This document shows, in pieces, positions 1 through 9,487 of a DNA stretch of 27,310 nucleotides. A program made the position numbers and the translations under genes. The stretch's first letter is position 1; the number at the start of each line of letters is the position of its first letter. Source of the DNA: a virus (taxonomy: Duplodnaviria > Caudoviricetes). The stretch is from positions 1 to 27,310 of the IMG/VR virus record IMGVR_UViG_3300025141_000598. One strand, 5' to 3'. Below the pieces are notes generated by a model. It was given only the letters and a program-made list of their open reading frames with translations, was not told the DNA's origin and did not search any database.

Positions 1-190
1 TTCTAGTCCACTGAAAGCCAACATTTTCATAGTTTCTTGCTTGAGCTATCGCTTGCATTTGAAACTTGCCTCTAGCGATTAAAAGTTTTTGAGCCTCTTG
101 TTTTGCTCTCCTACTTTCAGCCCAAACTGTTAATAATCCACTTAACAATGTTGATCCCAGCATCGTTATTATTTCAAACGGAAATCCCAT
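1..190 (-). CDS. Partial (runs off window) membrane protein, possible holin
   Basis: Not in ORF track. ATG at 190 gives MGFPFEIITMLGSTLLSGLLTVWAESRRAKQEAQKLLIARGKFQMQAIAQARNYENVGFQWTR..., with a hydrophobic N-terminus followed by a charged helix. It starts 1 nt after the upstream stop. Confidence 0.6.
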   Translation of the reverse strand, partial: MGFPFEIITMLGSTLLSGLLTVWAESRRAKQEAQKLLIARGKFQMQAIAQARNYENVGFQWTR

Positions 191-191
191 A

Positions 192-317
192 TTATTTCTT
201 CTTTTTATAACCGCTTGCATAAATCGCTTTTGCTTGTCGCTTTGCTTTCGCTTTCGTTTTGTAAGTCTTGCCCGACTTACCCCATTTGTAACCGCCTTTT
301 ACTTTTTTAATTGGCAT
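192..317 (-). CDS. Small very basic protein (41 aa)
   Basis: Not in ORF track. MPIKKVKGGYKWGKSGKTYKTKAKAKRQAKAIYASGYKKKK; tightly packed between its neighbours. Confidence 0.75.
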   Translation of the reverse strand: MPIKKVKGGYKWGKSGKTYKTKAKAKRQAKAIYASGYKKKK

Positions 318-1617
318 TTTCTTCTTCCTTCAATAATCTTGAGCCAACAGCAAGTGCGCCTGTACCAGCCAACAATCCAGCAGATTGAGCTTTGTTTGGA
401 TCAAACTTAGCAGAGGTTGATCTGACTTGATTAGGCTCGAACACAATGAAATGCTTTGTGTCATCTGGTATGTTTTTCATGTTTTTGAATGTGTCAGAAG
501 CATCCATTATTACGCCATCAAATCCAGCATCTTGATAAATTTCTTTAATGACTTGATTGCTTGCATAATTTCCAGCATCATCGGCTACGTCTAACATTTC
601 ATCGGATGCTCTTATTGCATCGTCAACCTCTCGAAACGACTTATAATCGTAAAGCTCTAAATCATTAAATAACTTTTGCCCATCAAAATCATATTTATTA
701 GCGACTCGCATAATTGATTCATATAAATCAATAGCGTTGCCTGTTTCATCGACATAATCACCAGCTTCGTCATATTCGGTTATCAGCTCCCAACCTTTGT
801 TTTTGTTTGTTAAGTCGATTGGATTTTCCATTTTTAAATATGCTGGTATGACATTATCAGCACCGCCAGATAATTCTTTTCTAGCTATTGCCATAAAATA
901 CTGATCCATGTCATCAAAATCTTCGGGCTTTATATTTAAATCCTTTCCGTATTTTTTAGCACCTTTGAAAGGTTCCATTTTCTTGTTAGATGCACCTGAA
1001 GCCCAATCATTTATAAGTTGCTCTTGTCTGCTAAAAATTCTTGATGTTAAATCTGGCCCTACGCCAGCATAGTTCTTAGAAGCATCTATTGGTGAATCTG
1101 TAAAATAGATTGCATCACCATATCTTCCTTCTATGTTTCCTTTGCTTGGATCAAATGCTTTGATGTCATGTGTCGTACCATGAAAAACACGATTATCAGT
1201 ATCAAAACCCATTTCCTTTGCTCTTTGCAATCTTGCGTTTGGCGTATTCTTCATAACAGTCGAAGCAACACCAGGCACAAAGGGCAGTAAACCAAGACCA
1301 CTCATTGCGTAATTGCCCGCTGATCGCATTTCAGGATTCTCTTTATACATTTGCACATCGCCAGCTAAGCCAATCGCATCTGTGAATGGAAACCCAATAG
1401 GAGACATACCCACTTTCTGAGCTGGGTTTAATGATTGCCAAAACTTCTTTGCTTCTTCTATCATTGCTTGTTCTTTTTGTTTTCTGATCATTTCGCGTTG
1501 CTCATACTCAGCAATGCGTTGTTGTCTTTTTAAGTTTTGCTCTTGAGGTGTTTCAGGCAACAAAAGACCCGCCGCTTGCATTGGTGCTGGGTTAAATAAA
1601 CTGTAGTTGTTTGTCAT
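307..1617 (-). CDS. ADP-ribosyltransferase-like (ART-PolyVal-type) effector with an N-terminal Gln-rich/hydrophobic leader
   Basis: Motifs RAKEMGF..VFHGT, GDAIYFTD, NVIPAYLKMENP, GFDGVIM and FIVFEPNQVRS..AKFDP fit the ART-PolyVal pattern of phage polyvalent proteins. Confidence 0.75.
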   Translation of the reverse strand: MTNNYSLFNPAPMQAAGLLLPETPQEQNLKRQQRIAEYEQREMIRKQKEQAMIEEAKKFWQSLNPAQKVGMSPIGFPFTDAIGLAGDVQMYKENPEMRSAGNYAMSGLGLLPFVPGVASTVMKNTPNARLQRAKEMGFDTDNRVFHGTTHDIKAFDPSKGNIEGRYGDAIYFTDSPIDASKNYAGVGPDLTSRIFSRQEQLINDWASGASNKKMEPFKGAKKYGKDLNIKPEDFDDMDQYFMAIARKELSGGADNVIPAYLKMENPIDLTNKNKGWELITEYDEAGDYVDETGNAIDLYESIMRVANKYDFDGQKLFNDLELYDYKSFREVDDAIRASDEMLDVADDAGNYASNQVIKEIYQDAGFDGVIMDASDTFKNMKNIPDDTKHFIVFEPNQVRSTSAKFDPNKAQSAGLLAGTGALAVGSRLLKEEENAN

Positions 1618-1619
1618 AA

Positions 1620-1808
1620 CTAATGTATTGTTGTTTCCTCATGCGATAACAGCTCTGAGTCTTCATTGATAACATCTGCAAGAAAACACAAAACAAGCTC
1701 TTTTGCGTGTTCTAAGTCTCTCGCTTTTATGCCTTGAGCTGTATAGATCATGTCGTCTTCTAAGAACTCAAGATCGAAATATGAAAATTTATCCGTTTCC
1801 CGAACCAT
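1620..1808 (-). CDS. Small acidic hypothetical protein (62 aa)
   Basis: Start reassigned to ATG 1808 (MVRETDKF...EETTIH), which removes most of the overlap with the portal gene. Confidence 0.7.
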   Translation of the reverse strand: MVRETDKFSYFDLEFLEDDMIYTAQGIKARDLEHAKELVLCFLADVINEDSELLSHEETTIH

Positions 1809-3954
1809 TGAATAGTCCTTGCGCTTGAGCTTTTGCGATTTGTCTGATCGTTTCTCGATCACGCTCCATGAGTGCGTTGATCTCTGCGACATTGACTTGA
1901 GCGCCATATTTAGCATTTAGTTCAGCGGCTTTCAATCGAATGTCTGCTTCAGACTCATCGCGTTTGAAGTCATCGTCCATGATGATTTTGAGTCGATCAT
2001 TTTCTGCGTCAATAACCGCTTTCTCAGCTTGTACATTTGCTTTATGAATCTCAGCTTGAGCCAACATCTCTGCTGGATCAGCCTTTTTCTCTTCTTGCTG
2101 TGGCGGCATAGGCGGTATATCAGTATTGATAAACGCGTTGACATCTTTGAATCCCGCCATTTCTATGACTTTTGCTAATGTGTTTGCGTATTGATTCATT
2201 GTGACCATTGGGTTGTTGGGTCCGAGCATTTGCAAGATCTGCTCTTGTTTTCCAGCGACCATGCCTAAGACTTGCATCTTCTCTTCATCACTGCTTTTGC
2301 TGATCGCTACATTTACAACTAGGTCTTTGTCCAGCTCCCAATATCTCGGGTCCACTGCAACAAAATCATTGTTTAATCTGACAATCTCTTCTTTGTCAGC
2401 GTATTTAATAATCAAATTATTGACGAGTTTGAAAAGCGTTTTCATGCCACCTTCTGCGAAGTGACGACAGATTAGCTCGACTCTGCCTTGGGCGCCTGAC
2501 ATTGTTGCTGAGACTGCCGCTTTTGTTGAAGATTGCAACGCATCAGCATTTAGACCTGCGCTTGCTTTAGAAACGCCCGTACGGTTCTCTTTGGCATCAT
2601 CCAGATAGGAGAGTACAGGAAACGCCTCTTTCCCGACGAAGGGGATCGAGAAGGGTTGAACCATGCCGGGCGCTCTCATGCGAATGGGTTGACCGATGTC
2701 AGTGTTCAAAACATCGTCAATGTTTACTTGTCCTTCTACCACCGCCATCCGAGGGAATATCGAATGACCGAGAGAGTCAAGTGTGTCGCGCATGATTTGT
2801 GATTTTGCAGTTTGTATTGGAATTAAATAATCTGAGACACAGCTTCCGATCGCTGTATGCGGCTCAGGATCCATCGAGAACATAACGATAGGAAGTTCGT
2901 CCCATTGATCGTAGTTGACGATGTTTAAGCCGTTGCCGACTGTGCAGACTCGGACACGCTCTGCGATTCCGTCTTTGTCTAAGTCGTAGTTGACGTAATG
3001 TTCGATGTATAAAACTTTTTTATCATACGCATTGTCAGCGTCAGGATACATTGAACTATCAAGTGGGCTTCTTGCTTCTTCTTCTTCATATGTTTCTGCG
3101 TCAAAAGTTGAGCTTGAGCCTGCGTGTTCTTGTATTTCATCTTCATCGTAGCCCATTGCAACGAGATCGCTCACTGACTTGATCATACGATGTGCAACAT
3201 AGCTTGATGTCTCTAAATCTCTTGCATTGCGAGCAATCAGCACTTCTTCAGGCGGAACACTCTCAATGCACACTTTGTTATTCGCTGTTACTCTGCGAAC
3301 AGTCAAATCATAAGACACAGGTGTTTCTTGCGTCATTTCTTCGCCTGTCATTTCGTCAACAATCGTCATGCTTTGCATGTTGATTGACTCTTCAACAATC
3401 TCGACATCTTCATCGAGCAATAGAGCTGTGTACGCTTCTTGAGACAAATCAGAGAAATGATGCGTTGTCGCTTTGATGCTGTCATCGTAATACGCTTTGA
3501 CGAAGCCAGTCTTACGGACAAGCGCATCTTTAAACGCATCGTAGAGTACGCTGAAACCATTGCTTCTTTCAATCGTGTAGTTGACAAAATCTGTTTGCTG
3601 TTTTGCCAACTCAATATCATTCGCATCATGCGGTATAAACTCGACTACTTTTTTTGTGCCGAAAAATGTTCGCATGATTGAAGGCATCAAAAATAAAACA
3701 CTGTCTCGCAAATCTGTTGAGACAAATTCTGATTGCAAAGACGATGTTGCATTGGGTTTCTTGCCCAAATAATAATTTGTTGCTTCAGCTCTTTCTTCGC
3801 CAATCTGATCGATGAAATCAGACGCATCATCAAGCTCTACTTTTAGAACACTTTGTAGATCTTCAATGTCTGTTTCTTCTATAGAATTTATTTCGTCACT
3901 TACAACTTCTATATCTACTTCTTCTAATAGACGTTTGTTATTTGTATATGCCAT
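1789..3954 (-). CDS. Portal (head-tail connector) protein
   Basis: 721 aa acidic protein directly after TerL. Motifs YYLG, KDALVRKTGFVKAYYD, IESVPPEE and ENRTGVS, plus a Gln/Ala-rich coiled-coil C-terminus as in P22-like portals. Confidence 0.9.
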   Translation of the reverse strand: MAYTNNKRLLEEVDIEVVSDEINSIEETDIEDLQSVLKVELDDASDFIDQIGEERAEATNYYLGKKPNATSSLQSEFVSTDLRDSVLFLMPSIMRTFFGTKKVVEFIPHDANDIELAKQQTDFVNYTIERSNGFSVLYDAFKDALVRKTGFVKAYYDDSIKATTHHFSDLSQEAYTALLLDEDVEIVEESINMQSMTIVDEMTGEEMTQETPVSYDLTVRRVTANNKVCIESVPPEEVLIARNARDLETSSYVAHRMIKSVSDLVAMGYDEDEIQEHAGSSSTFDAETYEEEEARSPLDSSMYPDADNAYDKKVLYIEHYVNYDLDKDGIAERVRVCTVGNGLNIVNYDQWDELPIVMFSMDPEPHTAIGSCVSDYLIPIQTAKSQIMRDTLDSLGHSIFPRMAVVEGQVNIDDVLNTDIGQPIRMRAPGMVQPFSIPFVGKEAFPVLSYLDDAKENRTGVSKASAGLNADALQSSTKAAVSATMSGAQGRVELICRHFAEGGMKTLFKLVNNLIIKYADKEEIVRLNNDFVAVDPRYWELDKDLVVNVAISKSSDEEKMQVLGMVAGKQEQILQMLGPNNPMVTMNQYANTLAKVIEMAGFKDVNAFINTDIPPMPPQQEEKKADPAEMLAQAEIHKANVQAEKAVIDAENDRLKIIMDDDFKRDESEADIRLKAAELNAKYGAQVNVAEINALMERDRETIRQIAKAQAQGLFNGSGNG

Positions 3955-3960
3955 GTATGT

Positions 3961-5493
3961 TTATCCCACTCGTATAATTTTTGATTTTATAGGCTTCTTC
4001 CAGTTGTAACCCATTTGATTGAAGTTGCTAGAGAAGCTCGCGGCAGAACTAGCCATGGTTAATGCAAGTGCGTCAGCTTTGTCAGGAGATTTGACTCCTC
4101 TTTTGCGCATTGATTCCTTGGCTTCTATCTTTATCTTGCCTGTGCTTGTGTAAGTATAAGACGGACTGACTAATTCTGCAATCAGCTCGTCATCATTAGG
4201 CAATCGGCAATCGCGAGCAGAGAGCCAGTCTTTGATTTTGAACCATAATTCTGCGCGAAGATTCAAATAATTTTTCTTGCTTGAAGGCGATTCTGCGACA
4301 TTAATCCCACGCACAGGTAGATCTTGTTCAGCTAATCGATCTACGACACCGCTTCCGACACCGATGACATCGACTAAAATCTCTTGCGGTCGATTCATTG
4401 CAGTTGCATCGTCATAAAGATTTTTAATTGCGCCGCAGAGTTGCATGAGATCCATTGATTTGAATGTTTTTATTTCAAATACTGTGTTGCCTTGTCTTAT
4501 GCAGAGCGCTGAATTGTCAGCGCCGAAACGAGCGACATCGAGTCCCCATATTATAGGCTCACTTGCTGTCAACGTGACTTCTCTATCGACTGCTGATCTC
4601 GCTAACTCGATCGGAATAACAGTGTCATCGTCAGCGCTAGGAAATTGACCCAACACTTCGACTCTTGCGACTGTTGAATCAGCTCCGTATTGTTCGAGCA
4701 TAGTGTTGAAAAGTTTTTGATCTGTGCCTTCAACGTCACGCGAGTCGATTTGTTCTGTTTGCCAGAAAGATCTGTTTGCATGAAACGAGTCATAGAAAGG
4801 ACCCGTATTTCTTCGTGGATTCGAAAACGCGAACCAAAAACGATTTTTCGTTGGCTCTGTAAAAAAGCCTTCGCTGACTGAATAAATTTGATGTGGTATT
4901 CCCGATGCTTCATCGCATACTAGGGTGACTCCGTGCGAGCTGTGGATTCCCGCAAATGCGTCGGGGTTTTCTTCTGACCAGAGACTTGCTTGCGCGTAGT
5001 AGTAGCCGCAATCGATGCTTAAATCTCTGACAAGTAGTTCTTCGAACCATGCTTGTGGCTTTAACGCTGTCGCTGTTTTGTGAAACCAATGTCCGTTTAT
5101 GGCTAAGCTGACCCATTTTCCGAGTTCTGCCCATGTTCTTGTTCTGAGCTGTGCTTCTGTGTTTGCTGTGACGATGACAGTTGAGCCGAGTCGCGTTGAT
5201 AGCATGAACAGAATGATCCACGCTACGAGTGCTGATTTACCGATGCCACGTCCTGAAGCGACTGCGAGACGATACATCTCAGGCAAATCAATCATTTCAT
5301 TGCGTTGTATATGCGTTGCAATGTCTCGTAAAATTTTTTCTTGCCACTTACGCGGACCCGTGAAGTCTTCGAGGGGGGTGTTTTCTTGCCCCCACGGAAA
5401 CGCATAACGTACAAAGTTCAAAGGATCATCTTTGATCGTAAGCGACCAGAGCTGTGTCATGAGTTGTTCTTCTTGTTCTGCTGAGTATTTCAT
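3961..5493 (-). CDS. terL: Terminase large subunit
   Basis: Q motif PRKWQ, Walker A ASGRGIGKS, Walker B LVCDEASGI, coupling motif FSNP, RNase H-like nuclease motifs WGLDVARFG and KSPDKADAL. Confidence 0.96.
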   Translation of the reverse strand: MKYSAEQEEQLMTQLWSLTIKDDPLNFVRYAFPWGQENTPLEDFTGPRKWQEKILRDIATHIQRNEMIDLPEMYRLAVASGRGIGKSALVAWIILFMLSTRLGSTVIVTANTEAQLRTRTWAELGKWVSLAINGHWFHKTATALKPQAWFEELLVRDLSIDCGYYYAQASLWSEENPDAFAGIHSSHGVTLVCDEASGIPHQIYSVSEGFFTEPTKNRFWFAFSNPRRNTGPFYDSFHANRSFWQTEQIDSRDVEGTDQKLFNTMLEQYGADSTVARVEVLGQFPSADDDTVIPIELARSAVDREVTLTASEPIIWGLDVARFGADNSALCIRQGNTVFEIKTFKSMDLMQLCGAIKNLYDDATAMNRPQEILVDVIGVGSGVVDRLAEQDLPVRGINVAESPSSKKNYLNLRAELWFKIKDWLSARDCRLPNDDELIAELVSPSYTYTSTGKIKIEAKESMRKRGVKSPDKADALALTMASSAASFSSNFNQMGYNWKKPIKSKIIRVG

Positions 5494-5583
5494 ATCAAAA
5501 AAATTACAAAAAATTAGTTACACGTCTGCAAAAACAACGCACCCGTGTCGCAAGCGAAGGGGGGGTATGCCGAGCGTTTTTCA

Positions 5584-6102
5584 CTATGAGTTATCATCAT
5601 CATTCAGTGTCAGCTTCTTAGAGAGAAGTTGACTATCGCTTTGTCCATTGACGTTGCGAGCTGTTTCAATCTTGCGAGTCGAAGTAGGTTCTAAATCAAT
5701 GATGCGTTTTTGTGCGTTCTGCAAAACTTTATTCAAACTGATCTGATGCTCGACAGTCTCATGAACTCTGTCTTTCCAGTTGTCTGCGTCTCTATTTTTT
5801 AAGAAAAACACTTGAGCAGTCACGTTAGGGTCTTTGCCAGCTCGACCTGTCGCAGAATCGAAGAGAGCAGAAGCGACCTCGTCAATGGCTTTTGTCTTAC
5901 CTCTCTTTAATGCTGTGTCAAATTTCTTAGAATCACGCTTTCGTCTCGCGATTGTAGATAGCGAAACCCCAAAGGATTCAGCGATTTTTGATTCAGAAAT
6001 GCCAAGTCCAGCCATTCTCGACACTTCTCGTAAATCATCGTCATTAAACTTTATTCGCTTCCTTCCGGCGCCTTTTGGATTCTTTTCAGTCTTTTCTGCC
6101 AT
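5584..6102 (-). CDS. terS: Terminase small subunit
   Basis: N-terminal KGAGRKR, HTH (SESKIAESFGVSLSTIARR), helix NVTAQVFFLKNR; immediately upstream of terL. Confidence 0.85.
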   Translation of the reverse strand: MAEKTEKNPKGAGRKRIKFNDDDLREVSRMAGLGISESKIAESFGVSLSTIARRKRDSKKFDTALKRGKTKAIDEVASALFDSATGRAGKDPNVTAQVFFLKNRDADNWKDRVHETVEHQISLNKVLQNAQKRIIDLEPTSTRKIETARNVNGQSDSQLLSKKLTLNDDDNS

Positions 6103-6106
6103 TTAA

Positions 6107-6292
6107 TTACTCACAAACCTTACAAGCATCGTTTGAATCATCGATCAACTCACCTAGAGCTATCGTTTCTTGTATGCGATACGCTAACTCTTTACCGACA
6201 AAGCCGCGATGACTCCAATACTTTGCTACTGTTTCAATGCTCATATCTTGTTCGACTTGTTCTTCGCTTTCTTCTTCGCTTTCTTCTGTCAT
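6107..6292 (-). CDS. Small acidic hypothetical protein
   Basis: ORF track gives 6107..6325. ATG 6292 (MTEESEEES...) has a GAGGG Shine-Dalgarno upstream; the protein ends CKVCE. Confidence 0.6.
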   Translation of the reverse strand: MTEESEEESEEQVEQDMSIETVAKYWSHRGFVGKELAYRIQETIALGELIDDSNDACKVCE

Positions 6293-6325
6293 GATTATAT
6301 ACCCTCTGTTATTTGTAATTTTCAT

Positions 6326-6733
6326 TTATTCTTTTAGATCAATCAATAGTTGTTCAAATGTTTTCTCTTGCAACGCTTCGCAATAATCGATGACTTTCAC
6401 TCCTTTCTGGCGTTGACCTTTGTTTTTGAGAAAGTAAATGCAGTTCGATCTCAAACAAACAAGTGCAAACACTTGACACACATCTTTGCTGTAGACTCTT
6501 TTGCCTTTCTTTACGAAGTTAAACTTGTATCGCTCATGTGTTCTGCTTTCTTCTTTTTGTGCGTTATAAGCAGATTTAACTTGTACTCCGTAGAACTTGT
6601 CATCAATTTGTATCACTAAATCTCGATTGCTGTTAATAGTAGAGGGTGAGAAGCAAGGAACACCCTTCATCATGAAGAATATTTCTACTAGCTTTTCGCC
6701 TGCGCTTCCACGCTGATTTTTATAATGTGCCAA
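6326..6733 (-). CDS. PD-(D/E)XK endonuclease (PDDEXK_5 / intron-associated-like)
   Basis: GSAGE..., RDLVI, GVQVKS motif order; TTG start. Confidence 0.75.
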   Translation of the reverse strand: MAHYKNQRGSAGEKLVEIFFMMKGVPCFSPSTINSNRDLVIQIDDKFYGVQVKSAYNAQKEESRTHERYKFNFVKKGKRVYSKDVCQVFALVCLRSNCIYFLKNKGQRQKGVKVIDYCEALQEKTFEQLLIDLKE

Positions 6734-7315
6734 TCAAACTACCTCATCTTGTAATGCAACACCCTCTATATCTTTATCTGTTATTGGTTTTCTCGATTTA
6801 ATTTCAACATTGCCAAAACTTTTGAATCTCTTTTTTAAATCAAAAACATCTTCATCAATTAGTGCAAGCAACTCTCTTATGCTGAAATATAAACTCGGTT
6901 TCTCTTTGTGTGACATTGCACACGCTTTCGGTAACTCTTCTGCGTTCTCTACAACAATAATCTGCAAATCATTGTGAGGGTGTTTAACAACCCACATAGC
7001 TGGACTCAGCTCATCGAATCCTCTGAATTTTGCATAATCAATAAACTTATCAAAGCCACGAATCATGCTTTCGCTGTAAGTCATTATCTTCTCATCATCA
7101 AACTTAGATCGTGCATCATCGAGCATTTGTATTAAACGCCTCATGTTCTTCTGATCATCGATTGACTGTATTTCAATTAGACGCTCAAAACCCCAATCAC
7201 AGCTCACTTGAACTTTTCGCTTCAAATAGTTTGTATATGCTTCAGTCGATTTATTCTTCAGATCTTGACTGACTTTACGATACATATCAGGTTGAACTGT
7301 TTTCTTCTTATACAT
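6734..7315 (-). CDS. Hypothetical protein (193 aa)
   Basis: Long ORF abutting the next gene; no motif recognised. Confidence 0.75.
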   Translation of the reverse strand: MYKKKTVQPDMYRKVSQDLKNKSTEAYTNYLKRKVQVSCDWGFERLIEIQSIDDQKNMRRLIQMLDDARSKFDDEKIMTYSESMIRGFDKFIDYAKFRGFDELSPAMWVVKHPHNDLQIIVVENAEELPKACAMSHKEKPSLYFSIRELLALIDEDVFDLKKRFKSFGNVEIKSRKPITDKDIEGVALQDEVV

Positions 7316-7360
7316 ATAAAAGACTCAAAAAGAATAAATAAAAAATACTGACAAAATGGT

Positions 7361-7554
7361 CACGACAACGACTACGACTCTTATAGAGTCTGTCGTAGTG
7401 TCGCTGTGTCGGCGCAATGTCGCTGTCGATGTCGCAACTATGTCGCAAACGCTTGAAAGCACTGATTTTACTGAATTCATGATGTCGCAAGTGGTGTCGC
7501 AACTCATGTCGCAAGCATTTTGAAACTGCACTGAAAAAAACACGTTTTGCGACA
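7361..7554. repeat. Iteron-like TGTCG(CAA) repeat cluster, putative replication origin
   Basis: TGTCG at 7391, 7399, 7407, 7418 and 7424; TGTCGCAA at 7430, 7441, 7483, 7495 and 7507; inverted TTGCGACA at 7547-7554; near-palindrome GACTCTTATAGAGTC at 7376-7390. Lies directly downstream of the primase-helicase. Confidence 0.75.
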
Positions 7555-7604
7555 CGCTTTTGACGTTATTTTGCTCTATTTTGTTGTTTTTGGACAACAT
7601 ATCA

Positions 7605-9404
7605 CTAAAAAGGTGGTTCTTCATCAATCAGTTTATTGCTCTTTGCATAAGCAATATCACGCTCAATTGTTCGAACTGAGACGCCTGTTTTGCTTGAAAT
7701 TGCATCTTTGTCAGCTCCGTCATTGATCATTTGTGCAACGACTTCACGTCTCATCTCAAGATCGTCTTTGTCTTTTGACATGATTCCGTTTGAGTAGAGC
7801 CACGCAATTGGTAAAGCATCTTTACCATAGAAATGACGCGTCTTTTCAAATGACCACTTAAATGACGTTTCATACGTTTCAGCGTCAATGTCGAGTAGAG
7901 CGTCTGAATCGTTGTTTGCCAGCTCTGTCTTGATAACGCCGTCAAGCACTACGGTCTTACTCATGCTTCCGAGCTGGGTGCCTGCTTTTGATGAATGATG
8001 AACGAACCATGCACAGCGATCTTGTTGACGCAACTTAAGTAATAACGGTTGCACGTCAGATACCCATTCGTCTGCCTGATTCGAGTCGGTCATAGAAGTT
8101 AGAGTGAGGAGATTATCAAGAACCACTACGGAAGGATCTATCTTCTCGATCATGTCCCAGAACCATGTTTTTCCTTCTTCTGTATTGAGTGGTAACAATC
8201 CATGCTCTTGATCGTGATGCGACACGATAAATAAGTTCTTTTCTACGCGTTGTATAAGCTCTTTTCGTCTCTCGAAAGACTCAGCACTGAACATGTTGAG
8301 TTGTTGATTCAGACGTTCTTGCATCGCGTTTGGTGGCATTTCTGCATCGATATAAACGACTTTGACAGCGTTCGGTATCTTGTAATGACCGAAGTTGTAG
8401 CCTGACGCGAGTGCGATTGACATGACAGACGTACTCAGAGATTTGCAATGACCGGGAGCGCCGTGAATCATGAAAAGATTTGATCTCGCCATGAGATTCT
8501 CAATGAGCCATACTTTCGGTGGATACTCAATGTCTTTAAACGCTTTGTAATCGTGATAAACGACAGTGTGTGACGCTTCTTTGTGATATTCGTTGTCTCT
8601 CGCATACTTAACGACATCAAAGTATTCTTGTCGCTCATAAGCATCGTATAGATCGTCTTTTTCGTTCCAATGCGTTGGCGGTTTTACAATGCTCGTTTTA
8701 ATGTTCAACGATTCGAGCTTTTCTTTTAATGCGATAGCACAATCGAATCCCGCCTCGTCATTGTCAGGAAAAACAATCACTTCATTAAAGTCTTTGAGCT
8801 GTGTCCAGTTGCTTTGCTCTAGTGCTGAGACTCCGCCGTGCCATGCACAGATGATGTTCTCTTTTGCGAGTTCTTTTGCACCGAGAAACGCTTTTTCGCC
8901 TTCAACTACGATGACGGGCTTTGCTGAATCGCCTTCACTTAATAATAATGGCATCAATCCAGTTGGGCGCTTCATGATCCAGTTATTTGAATCAATGCGA
9001 CTAAAAGGACGATAAATCTTACCCTCGAATCGCATTGTGCAGAACGCATCATTAAAGCGTGAATAGATCTCTGCTTTGCTTGCAAGCGCTCTCATTTCGT
9101 CTGAGCTGTATTCTTTGCTTTGTATCTGTGTGTCGTTGTTTCTCACTGGCGGTAGTTTTTGTTCAGTGATACCGAGTGTTTCTAAAAATTCTGTGATGCT
9201 TGATTCTCCTCGCTCTCTTTGTATGAGTGAGAGCATGCCACCGCCTTCTTCGTTTTCGTGATCGTAAAATGTGCCTTTTGAGAGATCTATAGAGAGTGAG
9301 CCTTTGCGTCCGAATCTTAGTTCTCTGTCGCTACTGAGCTTTTCGTTGGGCGAACCCAACAATGCAATCGCGATCTGTTCTGCGTGTAGTGCTACATCGA
9401 TCAT
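7605..9404 (-). CDS. Primase-helicase (TOPRIM + RecA-like AAA_25 helicase + C-terminal HTH)
   Basis: TOPRIM motifs IVVEGEK, FPDNDEAG and KDDLYD; Walker A HGAPGHCKS; YIDAEM; Walker B VVLDNL; VHHSSK; terminal HTH ISSKTGVSVRTIERD. Confidence 0.92.
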   Translation of the reverse strand: MIDVALHAEQIAIALLGSPNEKLSSDRELRFGRKGSLSIDLSKGTFYDHENEEGGGMLSLIQRERGESSITEFLETLGITEQKLPPVRNNDTQIQSKEYSSDEMRALASKAEIYSRFNDAFCTMRFEGKIYRPFSRIDSNNWIMKRPTGLMPLLLSEGDSAKPVIVVEGEKAFLGAKELAKENIICAWHGGVSALEQSNWTQLKDFNEVIVFPDNDEAGFDCAIALKEKLESLNIKTSIVKPPTHWNEKDDLYDAYERQEYFDVVKYARDNEYHKEASHTVVYHDYKAFKDIEYPPKVWLIENLMARSNLFMIHGAPGHCKSLSTSVMSIALASGYNFGHYKIPNAVKVVYIDAEMPPNAMQERLNQQLNMFSAESFERRKELIQRVEKNLFIVSHHDQEHGLLPLNTEEGKTWFWDMIEKIDPSVVVLDNLLTLTSMTDSNQADEWVSDVQPLLLKLRQQDRCAWFVHHSSKAGTQLGSMSKTVVLDGVIKTELANNDSDALLDIDAETYETSFKWSFEKTRHFYGKDALPIAWLYSNGIMSKDKDDLEMRREVVAQMINDGADKDAISSKTGVSVRTIERDIAYAKSNKLIDEEPPF

Positions 9405-9424
9405 AGTTGTCCTTGTTGTTTTGA

Positions 9425-9472
9425 GTGTAGAGAGCCGTGGAGGATCAACATGTAATAATTGGCTCTCTACAC
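9425..9472. promoter_or_regulatory. 12-bp perfect inverted repeat (RNA hairpin) between the SSB-like and primase genes
   Basis: GTGTAGAGAGCC (9425-9436) and GGCTCTCTACAC (9461-9472), 24-nt loop, no U-tail. Confidence 0.6.
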
Positions 9473-9487
9473 CATTCGAGGGTTAGT

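Noticed and set aside
7308-7627. ORFs 7308..7514 and 7325..7627
   Set aside because: Their repetitive translations (RHHLRHH, CDxxCD) simply read through the TGTCGC repeat array, which is better explained as a cis-acting origin.
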